From an uncultured Holophaga sp. (GTDB lineage: Bacteria > Acidobacteriota > Holophagae > Holophagales > Holophagaceae), in contig OY761614.1 of NCBI GenBank assembly GCA_963664825.1, positions 3,392,001 through 3,456,000 of the forward strand: DNA of 64,000 nt. The letters run 5' to 3'. This document shows, piece by piece, positions 61,890 to 64,000 of the stretch (positions are counted from its first letter, which is position 1; each line of letters opens with the position of its first letter). The notes under the pieces were generated by a model, which was not told the origin of the DNA, ran no database searches, and saw only the letters and a program-made list of their open reading frames with translations. A program made the translations under genes and the position numbers.

Positions 61890-62420
61890 TCAATCGATCA
61901 CGCCCGATTTCCGGAGCCAGGCCGAGATAGCGTTCCCCGCCCCCTGGACGTTTCCGCCCTTGATGGGCAGTCCCTTCATCACCTTGGCGCCGGGACAGAG
62001 CCTCTTGATATCGCGCTCGCTGTGCCCCATGCCGCTGCCTTCATGGGTGCAGAGCGGAAGGATGGTCTTCCCTGAGAAATCGTACGATTCCAGGAACGTG
62101 AACACCGCCATGGGCATCGCGCTCCACCAGTTCGGGTAGCCCAGAATGACCACGTCGTAGCCGTCCAGGTTGTCCACGCGGCCCGCAAGCTCCGGTCTGG
62201 CGTTCTGGTCCAACTCCTGTCGGGCGACCTCGGTGGTCTCCTGATAGTCCGCAGGATAGCCCTGGACGGTCTCGATCTTGAACACATCGCCGCCCGTCAA
62301 CTTCTGGATCATGGCGGCAGCCACTTCGGTGTTGCCGACCGGGAGGTCGACGATGCTGCCGCCGACGTAGTTGGCGCCCTTGCGGGAATAGCAGGCAATC
62401 AGGATCTTGGTTTCTCTCAT
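61890..62420 (-). CDS. Flavodoxin
   Basis: YSRKGANY..GNTE, GYPNWW, PLCTHEGSG. Confidence 0.92.
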   Translation of the reverse strand: MRETKILIACYSRKGANYVGGSIVDLPVGNTEVAAAMIQKLTGGDVFKIETVQGYPADYQETTEVARQELDQNARPELAGRVDNLDGYDVVILGYPNWWSAMPMAVFTFLESYDFSGKTILPLCTHEGSGMGHSERDIKRLCPGAKVMKGLPIKGGNVQGAGNAISAWLRKSGVID

Positions 62421-62484
62421 GGTCTCATCCGCCTTTCACGTGGCTGGTCCGTGGCCCCTTCCCCCTCTGGGACCTGCGGCACAC

Positions 62485-63498
<1,014 letters not shown>

Positions 63499-63543
63499 TC
63501 ATCGGTGTTGAAACCAGCTCACGACGTTTTTCTGCTAGACCCT

Positions 63544-64000
<457 letters not shown>

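Overview
A high-GC bacterial chromosomal window. The gene content and style suggest an anaerobic Acidobacteriota/Holophagae-like organism, which is an inference only. It contains about 55 protein genes, one tRNA-Gly(CCC), and no CRISPR array, integrase or transposase. Left to right: partial SDR, resB-like gene and an ispH-UbiA fusion; RsbW-like kinase; orphan exbD-tonB; PRTase-like gene, topB and a degenerate PilT; a lysine riboswitch upstream of a lone M20 deacylase; a 7-gene molybdopterin aldehyde oxidoreductase/radical SAM operon (DVU_1553-1559-like) facing a short ModE; ppnP; zwf-pgl-gnd; a GH63-like glucosidase; rubrerythrin and flavin-reductase/rubredoxin; a Spy/CpxP-LytS-LytTR module with 21-bp-period direct repeats; pepQ, DPP-IV, YraN; a DUF2798 membrane gene behind a guanidine-IV-like attenuator; DinB; an 8-gene MSHA/T2SS-like pilus cluster with a sigma54-driven pilin; tRNA-Gly with a linked palindromic element; flhA-flhF-(micro-ORF)-flhG-fliA-fliM-fliN; and an accessory block of aldo/keto reductases, flavodoxins, CMD, AraC, a NapH-NapG-like polyferredoxin, an S-component-like protein and DUF1893. 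The best leads are the two RNA switches, which suggest functions for poorly characterised genes, the uncharacterised Mop/radical-SAM operon, and the Tat-AKR/polyferredoxin/S-component/DUF1893 module. All family calls come from reading motifs by eye; no database searches were run.
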